Origin: Nitrospirota bacterium
GTDB lineage: Bacteria; Nitrospirota; Nitrospiria; Nitrospirales; Nitrospiraceae
Length of the DNA: 64,000 nt
Direction of reading: 5' to 3'
Assembly (NCBI GenBank): GCA_963701855.1
Contig: CAVPBK010000001.1
Coordinates: 96,001 to 160,000, forward strand
The position numbers and the translations under genes were made by a program. Shown one piece after another: positions 9,809 to 19,745 of the stretch. The notes below the pieces were generated by a model. It was not told the origin of the DNA, searched no databases, and saw only the letters and a program-made list of their open reading frames with translations. Within the stretch, counting starts at the first letter, position 1, and each line of letters opens with the position of its first letter.

Positions 9809-10102
9809 ATGTCTCTTGAAGCATTGTTCCCTCAGAACACTCGTGAGGCGACTTTTGCACCGATGAGAAAGACGTTCATCGCACCGACATTGCTCCCCAT
9901 CTGTTGCGTCTGCGGACTCATTCGAGACGATAATAGCTTTCCCTCTAGCCTTGACTGTTGGCTGACGCAGCGGACGTATCGCGAGGCCCATGGCATCGAT
10001 CCGGCCGAGATCGCGCTCACACACACCTACTGTCCTGAGTGTTTCAGGAAGGCCCGAACTACAGCGCAACAGCACTTCAGGGAGATCAGATCATCGCCAT
10101 GA
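9809..10102 (+). CDS. Small Cys-rich putative metal-binding protein
   Basis: LPICCVCGLIRDD ... THTYCPEC. Confidence 0.7.
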   Translation: MSLEALFPQNTREATFAPMRKTFIAPTLLPICCVCGLIRDDNSFPSSLDCWLTQRTYREAHGIDPAEIALTHTYCPECFRKARTTAQQHFREIRSSP

Positions 10103-10458
10103 CCCTGCTCGCCGGCTCTTCGTACATCGGCTCCTCTCCCCCCGTCATGCCTGACACATCCTGTCAGACAGCAGACCGGAATAGGGAGTCGCACAACAAG
10201 GCATCGGCTCCACCTGGTAAATTCTGCCTGCGCTGCGGCGGATTGCTGGTCCTCTGTTATACGGCAAACTGGGAACGGGACGTCACAGGCAAACCCATGA
10301 CGCTCTGGCGTTGTGTCAACTGCGGCGACTGCGTGGATCACGACATCCTGGCCAACCGAATGAAGGGCTCTGGTTCGGCACGGGTGCGGGCACGACCACC
10401 AGCAGGGCCTCAATACATCGGATGGCTGCCCGGAACGAGAACAGGTATGACTCGGTGA
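10099..10458 (+). CDS. Small zinc-ribbon protein
   Basis: CLRCGG...WRCVNCGDCVD; ATGA overlap with upstream gene; paralog at 59757. Confidence 0.7.
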   Translation: MTLLAGSSYIGSSPPVMPDTSCQTADRNRESHNKASAPPGKFCLRCGGLLVLCYTANWERDVTGKPMTLWRCVNCGDCVDHDILANRMKGSGSARVRARPPAGPQYIGWLPGTRTGMTR

Positions 10459-10561
10459 GTGGTTCCTATGCAAGGATACAGGCTGAAGACTTAGGACCGA
10501 AGACTAAAAGCCTTCAGTCTATCTACCTAGGCCGTTACCTTGACTATGATAATCATGGAGG

Positions 10562-11566
10562 TTGAAGATCGTGAGTCCACATCACACAGCGGATCAGCTT
10601 TGCTCGATCATCCTGGCAGGCGGTGAAGGCACGCGGCTACGCGCGCTGGTGCATCGGTGGTTGGGCCGGCCCACGCCGAAACAATACTGCACATTCGTCG
10701 GCACCCGCTCCATGTTCCAGCACACGCTGGACCGGGCGAGTCGACTCACGCCGCCGGATCACACAGTCACGGTGGTCGCGCACAGCCACCGCCGCGACGC
10801 GCTGGCACAACTGGATGGCAGAGGCAGCAGCATGATTCTCTTTCAGCCGGCCAATCGCGACACGGCGGCCGGTGTCTTCTTGCCGCTAACCTATATCCGC
10901 GCCAGGGCCCCGCAGGCCACGGTGGTGCTCTACCCGTCGGATCATTTCGTCTATCCCGAAGACCGGTTCCTCGAGGCGGTCCGACGTGCGGTCCAGTTCA
11001 CCAAATCGCAGCCTGATCGGGTGGTGATGCTGGGCGTCGCCCCTGATCGTCTCGAACTGGACTATGGGTGGATCCAGCCCGGCCAATCCCTCGCCGATCT
11101 GCCGGGCGAACCGGTGCAGGCAGTCCGCTCGTTCCTGGAAAAGCCCGACACAGCGCAGGCCGATTCCGCCTTACGGGCAGGCGCTCTCTGGAACACGCTG
11201 GTGTTCGCCGCCAAGGTGGATCTGCTCTGGACACTGGGCTGGCACTGCCTGCCGGATATGATGCCGCTCTTTGAACGGCTGAGCCAGGTCATCGGAGGGC
11301 CCGAGGAGGGGCGCGTCCTCAAGGCGATTTATCGGGACATGCCGGCGAAGAATTTCTCCTCCGACCTGCTGCAGCGCGTCCCGGAGACACTGGCGGTCGT
11401 CGAACTGACCGGCGTGCTCTGGAGCGACTGGGGCAAGCCGGAACGTATTACCGAAACTCTTCGGCGGATCGATCGGCGACCGGCCTTTCCCTTGACCTGT
11501 CTCGATCGTCCGTTTGTCCCCCTCTCCGTGACTGCCACGGAGGGTGTGCTGCCCCTGAGTGTGTAA
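10562..11566 (+). CDS. Sugar-phosphate nucleotidyltransferase (mannose-1-phosphate guanylyltransferase-like)
   Basis: IILAGGEGTRL, PKQY, PSDH, FLEKP, WSDWG. Confidence 0.9.
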   Translation: MKIVSPHHTADQLCSIILAGGEGTRLRALVHRWLGRPTPKQYCTFVGTRSMFQHTLDRASRLTPPDHTVTVVAHSHRRDALAQLDGRGSSMILFQPANRDTAAGVFLPLTYIRARAPQATVVLYPSDHFVYPEDRFLEAVRRAVQFTKSQPDRVVMLGVAPDRLELDYGWIQPGQSLADLPGEPVQAVRSFLEKPDTAQADSALRAGALWNTLVFAAKVDLLWTLGWHCLPDMMPLFERLSQVIGGPEEGRVLKAIYRDMPAKNFSSDLLQRVPETLAVVELTGVLWSDWGKPERITETLRRIDRRPAFPLTCLDRPFVPLSVTATEGVLPLSV

Positions 11567-11585
11567 TCCAAGGAAGGAGCTAGAC

Positions 11586-11855
11586 ATGAAGTCAGTCAGC
11601 ATTCGTTCGACAAAACCGGACCGGAAAACACCGGAACCCCAGCAACAGACCACAGGGCCGCCGGCCCAGAAACCTTACGTGCTACCGCTGTCGCCCTGCG
11701 ATGACCTGCATGTGCTGATCGCCAAACGGGCTTATGAGCTCCATGGTGAGCGGGGCTGGCGGCATGGGTCTGCGCTCGACGATTGGCTCGAGGCGGAGCG
11801 GGAGATTCTCAGCCAGATTTCGTCGACCTCTCAAGCAGGCAATGGGCACGCCTAG
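11586..11855 (+). CDS. DUF2934-domain protein
   Basis: IAKRAYELHGERG...DDWLEAEREI; AAGGAG RBS. Confidence 0.85.
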   Translation: MKSVSIRSTKPDRKTPEPQQQTTGPPAQKPYVLPLSPCDDLHVLIAKRAYELHGERGWRHGSALDDWLEAEREILSQISSTSQAGNGHA

Positions 11856-11900
11856 CGCGACTCACGAAGATGAACCCCCCACGCAACGAACTGTTCAAAA

Positions 11901-12917
11901 TTAGATGGGGCAGTGCTGCAATTCCTGCAGGAAATCCACAATCCGATTCTCAGCCCAGTAGGGATCTTCTCCATTGCGTGCCAATTGGAAAAACCCACAA
12001 TGGCCTCCATGTCGAGGTGCGATCATCCGAATCTTCTGGTGGCGCTGAATCAGCGGCCCCGTGAACATGGAGTAGGGAATGAATGGATCATCTTGTGCCG
12101 TGATGATGAGGGTGGGGACGGTGATGGAATCGAGCACACGGTATGCGCCTGAGCGATCGTAGTAGTCGGCTCCACTGGCGTACCCACCATCCGGGGCTGT
12201 GTAGCGGTCGTCGAATTCGCTGAGAATGCGAATGCGATCAAGTCCGGTCAGATCCCACTTGCCAGGAAAGAGCACCGCTTTCCGCCGCATGCGCCGTTTG
12301 AGTTGAGTCAAAAAGTGGTAGTGATAGACTCGGTTCCGAGGTGCTTCCAAGGCTTTGGCGCATTGCATCGGATCGATGGTCGGGCAGACCGCGATCGCGC
12401 CGGCCAACGCGGCTTCTGACGAGCCGGCTTCTCCGGCTGCTTTCAGGACGAGATTCCCTCCCAATGAATAACCGACAAGCCAGATGCGATTGAGTCCATC
12501 CATGCGAGCCAACTCATGGACGATGGTTCGATAATCCTGACTCAAGCCACTGTTGTACAGCGTCGGCGTGAGGTGTTCGGTCCCGCCACAGGTCCGCTGG
12601 TTCATCCGGATGACGTTGAATCCTGCACGATAGGCTTTTGCGGCGATACCGCGCATATAGTGAGACTCGCTGGAGCCTTCAAGGCCGTGCACGAGTACCA
12701 CGGTCTGGCATGCGATGCGGTGCGGCTGCCAGTGGCAGAAGCCGAGCAATTGGGTGTGAGACTCGGTGGTGAAGAGCCGAGACTCGGTCGGGACTCCGGC
12801 AAGAAGCGCTCGGCGAGGCCAACGGCCTGGGAGCACTGTCATGAAATGTGGATTGCGGAGCAAGGCTCCTGGTGTAAATTCTCGCCGGTCAAGTGACAGA
12901 GAGGTCATCATGCCCAA
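11901..12917 (-). CDS. YheT-like alpha/beta hydrolase
   Basis: VHGLEGS, GYSLGG, AQDDPFIP, GGHCGF. Confidence 0.9.
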   Translation of the reverse strand: MGMMTSLSLDRREFTPGALLRNPHFMTVLPGRWPRRALLAGVPTESRLFTTESHTQLLGFCHWQPHRIACQTVVLVHGLEGSSESHYMRGIAAKAYRAGFNVIRMNQRTCGGTEHLTPTLYNSGLSQDYRTIVHELARMDGLNRIWLVGYSLGGNLVLKAAGEAGSSEAALAGAIAVCPTIDPMQCAKALEAPRNRVYHYHFLTQLKRRMRRKAVLFPGKWDLTGLDRIRILSEFDDRYTAPDGGYASGADYYDRSGAYRVLDSITVPTLIITAQDDPFIPYSMFTGPLIQRHQKIRMIAPRHGGHCGFFQLARNGEDPYWAENRIVDFLQELQHCPI

Positions 12918-13009
12918 AAGTTCCGTGGACTAGATATCCGTTCGCAGAGTAAATTCATAAGGCCCTCCGAGTCAACAGGGGCGAGACATTCAGCTTCATG
13001 GATTACACC

Positions 13010-13149
13010 AAGCAGGGCGAGAAACGCAGGACCGGCGAGGGTTGATCTGGTTTGTCTGGGTGATTTGGTTCATAGGTTAGTTTCGTTCAACCAAAAACCA
13101 GACAGACCAAATGAACAAGACAAGCTGCCGGACTTTTCCAGCATTCTGC
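13010..13149. mobile_element. Family-A-ended element with 9-bp-periodic hairpin cargo
   Basis: tctggtttg/tctgggtga/tttggttca ... accagacag/accaaatga; ends GGACTTTTCCAGCATTCTGC at the kinase stop codon. Confidence 0.65.
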
Positions 13150-13724
13150 TAGAGAAATTTCGCTTTGACCAAGCTCAATATCCGGCCTGCAGCATCGCCT
13201 GAGGAAGTGGTGGTGCTGTCGATTCGGAGATCCGGGTTGATCGGCGCTTCGTAGGGAGATTGGAGCCCAGGGACTGTAAGAGATTCTCCCTGCTGGCCTT
13301 TTCGATAAGTTCCTTTCCGGTCTCGTCCCATACAGATCGCGAGGGGACATTCCACGGACACCTCGATAAAACGAGGGATCACGGACTTCGCAAAATCCCG
13401 GTAGACCCGGCGGCTTGCCGTCGCATCGAAGACCACGGTCACACCATGTGCCACAAGTTTCTGTCCGGTGAATGCCAACGAACGGTAGAAAAGATCCCGC
13501 TCCGTTTCTGAGTAGGTCGGCGTCGGCGTGATGATCCGTCGGACCTCATCGGATTCCAACACCTCGACCGTCAACCCGAGCCCTTCGAGCTGCGGCTTCA
13601 AGGTAGAGACAATCGTGCTCTTGCCCGAGGCCGGCAGGCCGGTGATCCAGATGGCGAAGGCCAAACCGTGATAAGTGATGGGGGACGGGTGATCAGAAAT
13701 GGATGGCTCTTTCATCGTATTCAC
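13149..13724 (-). CDS. Adenylyl-sulfate-kinase-like P-loop kinase
   Basis: WITGLPASGKST, DEVR, VPGLQSPYEAP. Confidence 0.85.
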   Translation of the reverse strand: MNTMKEPSISDHPSPITYHGLAFAIWITGLPASGKSTIVSTLKPQLEGLGLTVEVLESDEVRRIITPTPTYSETERDLFYRSLAFTGQKLVAHGVTVVFDATASRRVYRDFAKSVIPRFIEVSVECPLAICMGRDRKGTYRKGQQGESLTVPGLQSPYEAPINPDLRIDSTTTSSGDAAGRILSLVKAKFL

Positions 13725-13754
13725 TCATCATGGATCACAGATCACTCACTGCTT

Positions 13755-14843
13755 TCACTCCCGGCAATACTCGTTTACCCGCGACGGGTCGAAGCGCGGC
13801 TCATCCAGCACATGTTCGACAAATCGGAAGATGCTCCGGCGCACCTCGATTGGCAGCTTGGGGTACCACACAGGGCTCGCGATGACCAACCCTCGAAACG
13901 CAAAGAAGGGGGCAGCCGACTCTGTAACCGCATGATCGTGGCTTGCCTCCATATAGGTGTCCCAAAAGAGTCTAAACAGTACTTCCAACGGCCCCTTCAA
14001 GGTGCCCCAGCGACAGAGTGAGAAAAACAGATAGTTGACCGTCATCGAGGTCACGTCGTCCGCCGGTTCCCCCCACTCCCCTCGTGACCGGTCGAGCACT
14101 GAAAAATTTGTTCCTTTCCGGAACAAGACATTCCAAGGATGGAAATCTCCATGCACTTGCGACAGACGCTGGGTCTCCCCGTGCAGCCTCCAGCGCCACC
14201 GGTTGCAGGCATCCTCGATCCCGCGCAAGAGATCCGCCGATATAAACCCGTAGCGGTCTGGGTAACTGTCGGTCAGCCCCATAATACACTCGCCGTGGCC
14301 GATCAATTCCCGAAGCCGACGCCGATAGAGGGCGGGATCGCGCCGCTTTCTGGCATGGATCTCCGCCAGGTAGCGTGCCAAGGCTATCGTTCGCTTTCGA
14401 TCCTGTTTTCGAAGCCTTCCGCCTTTGGCCAATCGTTCCAGATCGAGATGATAACTGTTCCCCTCCATCCATTGGGTCAGAACAAAAAATTCGCGCGCCC
14501 GGGCCACCGAGATCAGCTGCCGATCGTCGGTAAAAGCCCCGACATCGAGAGCCTTCACATGGCGCGGTAGCCGGCCATAGGAGTCATAATCCCAGAGGAT
14601 CGCCTGGGCCCGGTCCGCCGGATGCTCATGACCGAACGGCCCGGGTTTCATGGTTTCGAGCACGGCCGACTGCGAGCGGCGTCCCACGCGGAACGTCAAC
14701 TTGACCGGGGTGCCATAGCCATACTGTTTCTGTGCCCCCTTCGAACTGGCCTTGCCGATCGCCTCGTAGGACACTAGCGTGATACCGGGGCCAAAACGAG
14801 CCCGGAGATACTGTTCAAGAGAATCCTTCCTCAGCATCGACAT
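13755..14843 (-). CDS. Aminoglycoside-phosphotransferase/choline-kinase-family protein
   Basis: VHGDFHPWNVLF and VLDRS kinase motifs. Confidence 0.85.
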   Translation of the reverse strand: MSMLRKDSLEQYLRARFGPGITLVSYEAIGKASSKGAQKQYGYGTPVKLTFRVGRRSQSAVLETMKPGPFGHEHPADRAQAILWDYDSYGRLPRHVKALDVGAFTDDRQLISVARAREFFVLTQWMEGNSYHLDLERLAKGGRLRKQDRKRTIALARYLAEIHARKRRDPALYRRRLRELIGHGECIMGLTDSYPDRYGFISADLLRGIEDACNRWRWRLHGETQRLSQVHGDFHPWNVLFRKGTNFSVLDRSRGEWGEPADDVTSMTVNYLFFSLCRWGTLKGPLEVLFRLFWDTYMEASHDHAVTESAAPFFAFRGLVIASPVWYPKLPIEVRRSIFRFVEHVLDEPRFDPSRVNEYCRE

Positions 14844-15145
14844 ACATGCTGAGTCTCGCAAGTCACGTTCCAAGCAAATATCAGGTAAGGGGCACGAGGC
14901 CTGGGGCGAAAAGGAAAACAAAGAACTTGAAATCTCAGACCACCGGCCTCACATTCCGCCTGCCACTGGTGCATTGAGCTTCACTGCCAAGGCGGCCACT
15001 GAGGAGAAATGCACCACTCAAAACCAAGAGGAGTATTAGATGACCAGCGCCAGAGGTAAGAATTATCAGTCCTATAGCCTCAAATCTCTAGCCTCTCGCG
15101 CCCTCTCAAAAGGCGGCACATCGCTTGCTGATATCAACCACTAGA

Positions 15146-15258
15146 GCAGGCTGAGGTCGATGTCAAGATTGAGCACTGATCTTGACATTATCATCATAGG
15201 TTCAGCCTTAGCCTGAACCTCAACCTTCTCCATAGTGGCGGATTTTTCAGCATTCTGC
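15146..15258. mobile_element. Family-A-ended element with 6-bp-periodic hairpin cargo
   Basis: gcaggctgaggtcgatgtcaag...agccttagcctgaacctcaacctt...GGCGGATTTTTCAGCATTCTGC. Confidence 0.65.
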
Positions 15259-15274
15259 TCGAGGGAGGTACTGC

Positions 15275-15439
15275 ATGCCCATGTATGACTATAATTGTCT
15301 GGACTGCGGGAAGGAATCGTTGGTGGTCTTGACGCTCATGCAACATGAAACGAACCGCGTGACATGCCCCAAATGCGGCAGCACCAAGATGCAGCAACTC
15401 TATTCGTCGTTTGTTGCCCACACGACCAAGAAGAGCTAG
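15275..15439 (+). CDS. FmdB-family zinc-ribbon protein (54 aa, below the ORF-track cutoff)
   Basis: MPMYDYNCLDCGKE...VTCPKCGS...TTKKS*, GGAGG RBS. Confidence 0.9.
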   Translation: MPMYDYNCLDCGKESLVVLTLMQHETNRVTCPKCGSTKMQQLYSSFVAHTTKKS

Positions 15440-15445
15440 GAGACC

Positions 15446-15832
15446 GTGATGCGCGTCATCTCTCGGAACACAATGTCAGTACTCAGCGTCACCTTGGGCA
15501 TGGGATTCGCCTGCCTCTTACTCGTCCCACTCCTCCAAGCGCAAGAGTATCCGTCCGATGTCACACGCGGCAAAGCCGTGTATGAGCGCCATTGCCAGAG
15601 CTGCCACGGTGTCGCAGGCTGGGGGGATGGGCCGGACGCGCAAGCCCTCAAGGTGGCACCAGCCAACTTCCACCGTTTTTCGTCCTTTCTGAAATCTGAC
15701 GAAGAATTGCTGCGGACCATTGAACATGGGGTCGTCTTCAGCCCCATGCATTCATGGCGTGGCCAGTTGACGGACGGGGAAATGCGGGACGTGGTGGCCT
15801 ATATTCGTCTGTTATCCCAAAAGGGGCGTTAG
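15446..15832 (+). CDS. Periplasmic monoheme cytochrome c
   Basis: Signal peptide, CQSCH, distal Met (SPMH). Confidence 0.9.
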   Translation: MMRVISRNTMSVLSVTLGMGFACLLLVPLLQAQEYPSDVTRGKAVYERHCQSCHGVAGWGDGPDAQALKVAPANFHRFSSFLKSDEELLRTIEHGVVFSPMHSWRGQLTDGEMRDVVAYIRLLSQKGR

Positions 15833-16018
15833 CAAGGAGAGGGATAGCCCGGGGAGCCCCCTGTGCTCGCGCAACGCGCGGTCTGAGAAGACCCTCGTTG
15901 GACATGTGCAGTGGGAGACCATCCGAGCCATTCTGGGAAAACGTCAACGAGCAAGTTTGGAAAAGCTATCGTTAGTTGCTCACTCCGGCCTTGCTGAACT
16001 GCCTTTTGAGCATCCTGC
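15833..16018 (-). mobile_element. Family A repeat element, reverse orientation
   Basis: Reverse complement closely matches 23424..23632; ends CTTTTGAGCATCCTGC. Confidence 0.75.
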
Positions 16019-16045
16019 CGAAAAATATTCCCACGGAGACACCAC

Positions 16046-17416
16046 ATGAACAGAACGTTTACCGGAATCTGTGCCGTCCATACAGTATTGATCGTGGTGC
16101 TGATCCTCAGCATACCGACCATCACCCATGCAGCAAAACTGAGTCAAGCAAACAGTCACCCCACCCGCTGCGAGAGCCCCTACAAAAAGAAACCCGTGCC
16201 ACCCAAACAACTGCAGGCAATCCTGGAATCGCATGGACAGTGGCTCGAACAACGTGAGAAGCCGGGATATCAGCGCGCGGATCTGTGCCAGGCGGACTTG
16301 CGCCACGCGAAACTCGCGGGGGCCGATCTGGAACGGGCACGACTGGAAGGGACCCTCCTCAGCCAGGCGAATCTCCGCGAAAGTGATTTGTCGCAAGCGA
16401 GTCTCGCGGGGGCCGATCTCACGAGAGCCGTCTTGCAAGACAGCAACCTGACGGGAGCCGATCTCCGGCATGCACGATTGTCCAATGCCAATTTGTCCCG
16501 TGCGACAGGCGATGAAGCGGCGCTCTACAACGCCGTCCTGACCGGTGCACAACTGCAAGAATCCACCTTCGAGCGGGCCCATTTTGAGGGGGCAGACCTC
16601 GCATCAGCCGATCTGACGAACGCCTCTTTCGTCGACACCTACTTCTATGGCGCCAATCTCCATCGGGCCACGTTGGCCGGAACAGATCTAATGGGGGCGG
16701 ACCTCCGCCGAACCGTCATGACTAACGCAAACCTTCATCAGGCTAATCTGCAAGGAGCACTTCTCGACGGCGCCAGTCTAGCGGGGGCCAACCTGCGTGA
16801 GGCCATCCTTCGCGGGGCGGACCTGCGATACGCGAACTTCCATTCGGCCGGCTTGCAGCAGGCTAATCTGGAAGAGGCCAATCTGGAAGGAGCGCAGTTG
16901 ACCAAGGCGAAGGTGCCATCAGGCAAACTTCGGATGGCGATTTTGTATACGGCCATCCTGGACCAGGCGGATTTCCGAAGCGCCCAATTCTACCGAGCCG
17001 TGCTGATCGGCGCCAGGGGAACCGGTACCATCTTTACGAAGGCGGACCTCAGCGAGATCTATGCACCCAAAGCCCAATTCCATCGCGCACAATTCAATGA
17101 AGCGGCCATGGAATCGGCCAATCTCGTCGCAGCGGACTTGAAGGACTCGAACTTCACCCGAACCAATCTCGCCCATGCCAACCTCCAAGAGGCGAACCTC
17201 CGAGGCGCCATGTTATCAGGAGCCGATCTCACCGGCGCACAACTCGACAAGGCAGATCTCCACCGCGCGACGCTGCATGGAGCCAACCTGGCTTCAGTCT
17301 CAGGCTTGACGCAGGCCCAACTCGATACAGCCTGCGTAGACGAGCAGACGAAATTACCAGCGGAACTCAACCGCCCCGCTCCATGCGTGGCGGCAACTAT
17401 GAAGAGAGACCGGTGA
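16046..17416 (+). CDS. Exported pentapeptide-repeat protein
   Basis: Signal peptide followed by long A(D/N)Lxx repeats. Confidence 0.9.
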   Translation: MNRTFTGICAVHTVLIVVLILSIPTITHAAKLSQANSHPTRCESPYKKKPVPPKQLQAILESHGQWLEQREKPGYQRADLCQADLRHAKLAGADLERARLEGTLLSQANLRESDLSQASLAGADLTRAVLQDSNLTGADLRHARLSNANLSRATGDEAALYNAVLTGAQLQESTFERAHFEGADLASADLTNASFVDTYFYGANLHRATLAGTDLMGADLRRTVMTNANLHQANLQGALLDGASLAGANLREAILRGADLRYANFHSAGLQQANLEEANLEGAQLTKAKVPSGKLRMAILYTAILDQADFRSAQFYRAVLIGARGTGTIFTKADLSEIYAPKAQFHRAQFNEAAMESANLVAADLKDSNFTRTNLAHANLQEANLRGAMLSGADLTGAQLDKADLHRATLHGANLASVSGLTQAQLDTACVDEQTKLPAELNRPAPCVAATMKRDR

Positions 17417-17465
17417 CCAAGGTAAGGCTTCAATTGACAAGGGCCTAGGAAAAAATAGTAAAAAC

Positions 17466-19130
17466 CTAAAGAACCGACTTTTGCTGCTGTCCCTTCTTGA
17501 TCGCAGCCCCGCTCGTTTCTGCTTGAGACTTATCGACGATCCCTTTGGCAGCGTCCAACGCACGTATGGTCGCCTCAAGCCCCGTCATGTGAGTGGTGTA
17601 ATTCTTGATCCGCGTCCCGGGCCCACTATAGTTAAAACCCTCGAACCCCAACGCCACCTCGAGAAAGATGGCACCACATCTGGCCGCCGACTGCTTAAAC
17701 TCCTGAATCATCAGGGGAGACCCCTGGGGCTGGAATTCGACGACGCCCGGTCTCAGTCTGGGGCAGCCGCCGAAACTATTTGCGGGGGCGGGTTTACGCA
17801 GTGTTCCGTTGTTGTCGTAGCGCCATCGATATATACCAGGGGAACCCGGCAACAACTCGGTGGGAGGCCCGTATTTCTCCACCAGTGTCTTCGCGAATGC
17901 GTCAACAGTCGGGTTCTTACTGGCCGGAATATACTCGGTCAGATTGAGCGACACAATTCCCTCCTGTCCAGGAACAGGCCCAAAGAATGCGGTAAGCATA
18001 ACAACGGCGTTCTCAGTTGCAGGGGTTTTTATGTCACTAATAGCACCGGATATTCTGGCCACATAATTCGTGTTTGGCACAGGCTGCGGAGCCTGTCCGG
18101 AAAGCCTGATCGCCAGCGTGTTCATGCCCTCAACATAATTTTCAACGGGTCTATTCGGGGATTTGGCCGATGATCGGAAACCATGCGACTTGAATATCTC
18201 GCGGGCCTGATCAGGCGCCATGCCGATGCGCAAACCGAGCACGTCCGGACCAGACCCGCCGCTCCCGACAGATTTCGAGCCGCTTTTGATTGTCGCGGCA
18301 TCACCCGACGGAGGATCGTTTATATTCGACTTTTGATCGAGCGAACGACTCGCATTGGGCGCGGCTGGCTTCTGGCTATTCGGCTGCCCGTTGCCCGACG
18401 CCCCTACGGCTGCCCCAGGTGCGGACGACTTCGACGAAGCCGATGACTTGGGCGTCGCAGGACTAGTGCGACGAGGAGACAATTGGGCAAGCTTGATGTC
18501 GTTGTTCTGCTCCGTAGCGCCAGTAGACTGAGGTGGCTGGGACTGGACGCGAATCCCCGAGAGGTTGATCTCGCGTTTTATTGCAATCTGACCTGGAACC
18601 GCTTGACCGTGAGCGTCCATCTTCATAATCCAAATTTCTCCACGCAGCGAAAAAGTCAGGCCTACGGGAGCCTGTCCATTTTGGTAAAACGAGATTGCGC
18701 CCTGCGTTTCTCGGTCTGGCTCTAACGGTACTGGATTATTGAGACTGCCAAGACCTTTGCTATCCCCCGTATTCCAGCTTCTTCCGCTGCTGTCCGTCAG
18801 AGAAGTGAGCCCCGTCAAAGTGATGAAGAGTCTGCGCCCAGTTCGGTTCACGAGCGACAGGCCGACATCAGCTTTTGTGTCATGGCTGAACAGCTGTATC
18901 TCCGTCACATTCACACAAAACTCCGGCGTTGCGCTGGAGGATACTCCTGCCGGTGGGCAGGGGCTTAAAGACTGACTGAACGGCGCTGGCTGGGGTCTAA
19001 CCTGATCTTTCTGCTCTATTGTGCACGACGCGAGCCCCACTCCGCCTGCCAATACGATGCATGCTTGCATCAACCACCCTATATTCATGATCAAGCATCT
19101 TTGTAGAAGACCGTTGAACTGTATGTCCAT
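17466..19130 (-). CDS. Hypothetical lipoprotein
   Basis: 554-aa ORF, lipobox-like GLASC, Pro/Ser-rich linker between two domains. Confidence 0.7.
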   Translation of the reverse strand: MDIQFNGLLQRCLIMNIGWLMQACIVLAGGVGLASCTIEQKDQVRPQPAPFSQSLSPCPPAGVSSSATPEFCVNVTEIQLFSHDTKADVGLSLVNRTGRRLFITLTGLTSLTDSSGRSWNTGDSKGLGSLNNPVPLEPDRETQGAISFYQNGQAPVGLTFSLRGEIWIMKMDAHGQAVPGQIAIKREINLSGIRVQSQPPQSTGATEQNNDIKLAQLSPRRTSPATPKSSASSKSSAPGAAVGASGNGQPNSQKPAAPNASRSLDQKSNINDPPSGDAATIKSGSKSVGSGGSGPDVLGLRIGMAPDQAREIFKSHGFRSSAKSPNRPVENYVEGMNTLAIRLSGQAPQPVPNTNYVARISGAISDIKTPATENAVVMLTAFFGPVPGQEGIVSLNLTEYIPASKNPTVDAFAKTLVEKYGPPTELLPGSPGIYRWRYDNNGTLRKPAPANSFGGCPRLRPGVVEFQPQGSPLMIQEFKQSAARCGAIFLEVALGFEGFNYSGPGTRIKNYTTHMTGLEATIRALDAAKGIVDKSQAETSGAAIKKGQQQKSVL

Positions 19131-19745
19131 GTGACGCCTCTCCTCTCAGGCAGGTGAACGCTTTCACTCCTGGCCCTCAACAAGTGTACTGCTCCACTTA
19201 GTTTCTGGCCAGTTTGTTGAACATTGTTAACCATCCTTTCTGCAACGCATTCAGCCCACTTCGAGTCTCCACTTCTAAAGGAATATCCAGGCACACTCGC
19301 TCGTGACTCTGGTGAGAGACCTTCGGCTGTCATCGCAGCGATGGGTCTTGAATAAATTCAGTGGGATTCCTGCATCCAACTGACTTAGTTACCTGTCCAC
19401 AATTTAAAGTGGGGCACAACAGGCGAAGAAATGGCCATTTGAATGTCCTTCAAACAGATGATTGGTGGACATCCAGCAATCAGAGTTGGGCCTCAGAGCA
19501 GCGCTTTAGAAAACCGTTCTCGCAATCCTACTCCAGCCAAGGTTTGCCAAAAATCCGAACTTTGGCTCGGGTAGGCTGAAATGAGGTGGGGTTGAACACA
19601 AAATAAGTACAATCGGCTCCCCAGCAGTGATGTGCAGTATTCAAAGACATTACTTAGCTGTACGTATTTACCACGGCTTACAACCCGGCGAGATATGCTG
19701 TACTCTTCCGCTCGTTTTTCTTGCCTCATACAACGGAGGTTACGC

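Noticed and set aside
13149..14843. Firm cysC and aminoglycoside-resistance calls
   Set aside because: Only family-level motifs, with no supporting pathway context
16046..17416. Qnr/MfpA quinolone-resistance protein
   Set aside because: Has a signal peptide and is about twice the expected length
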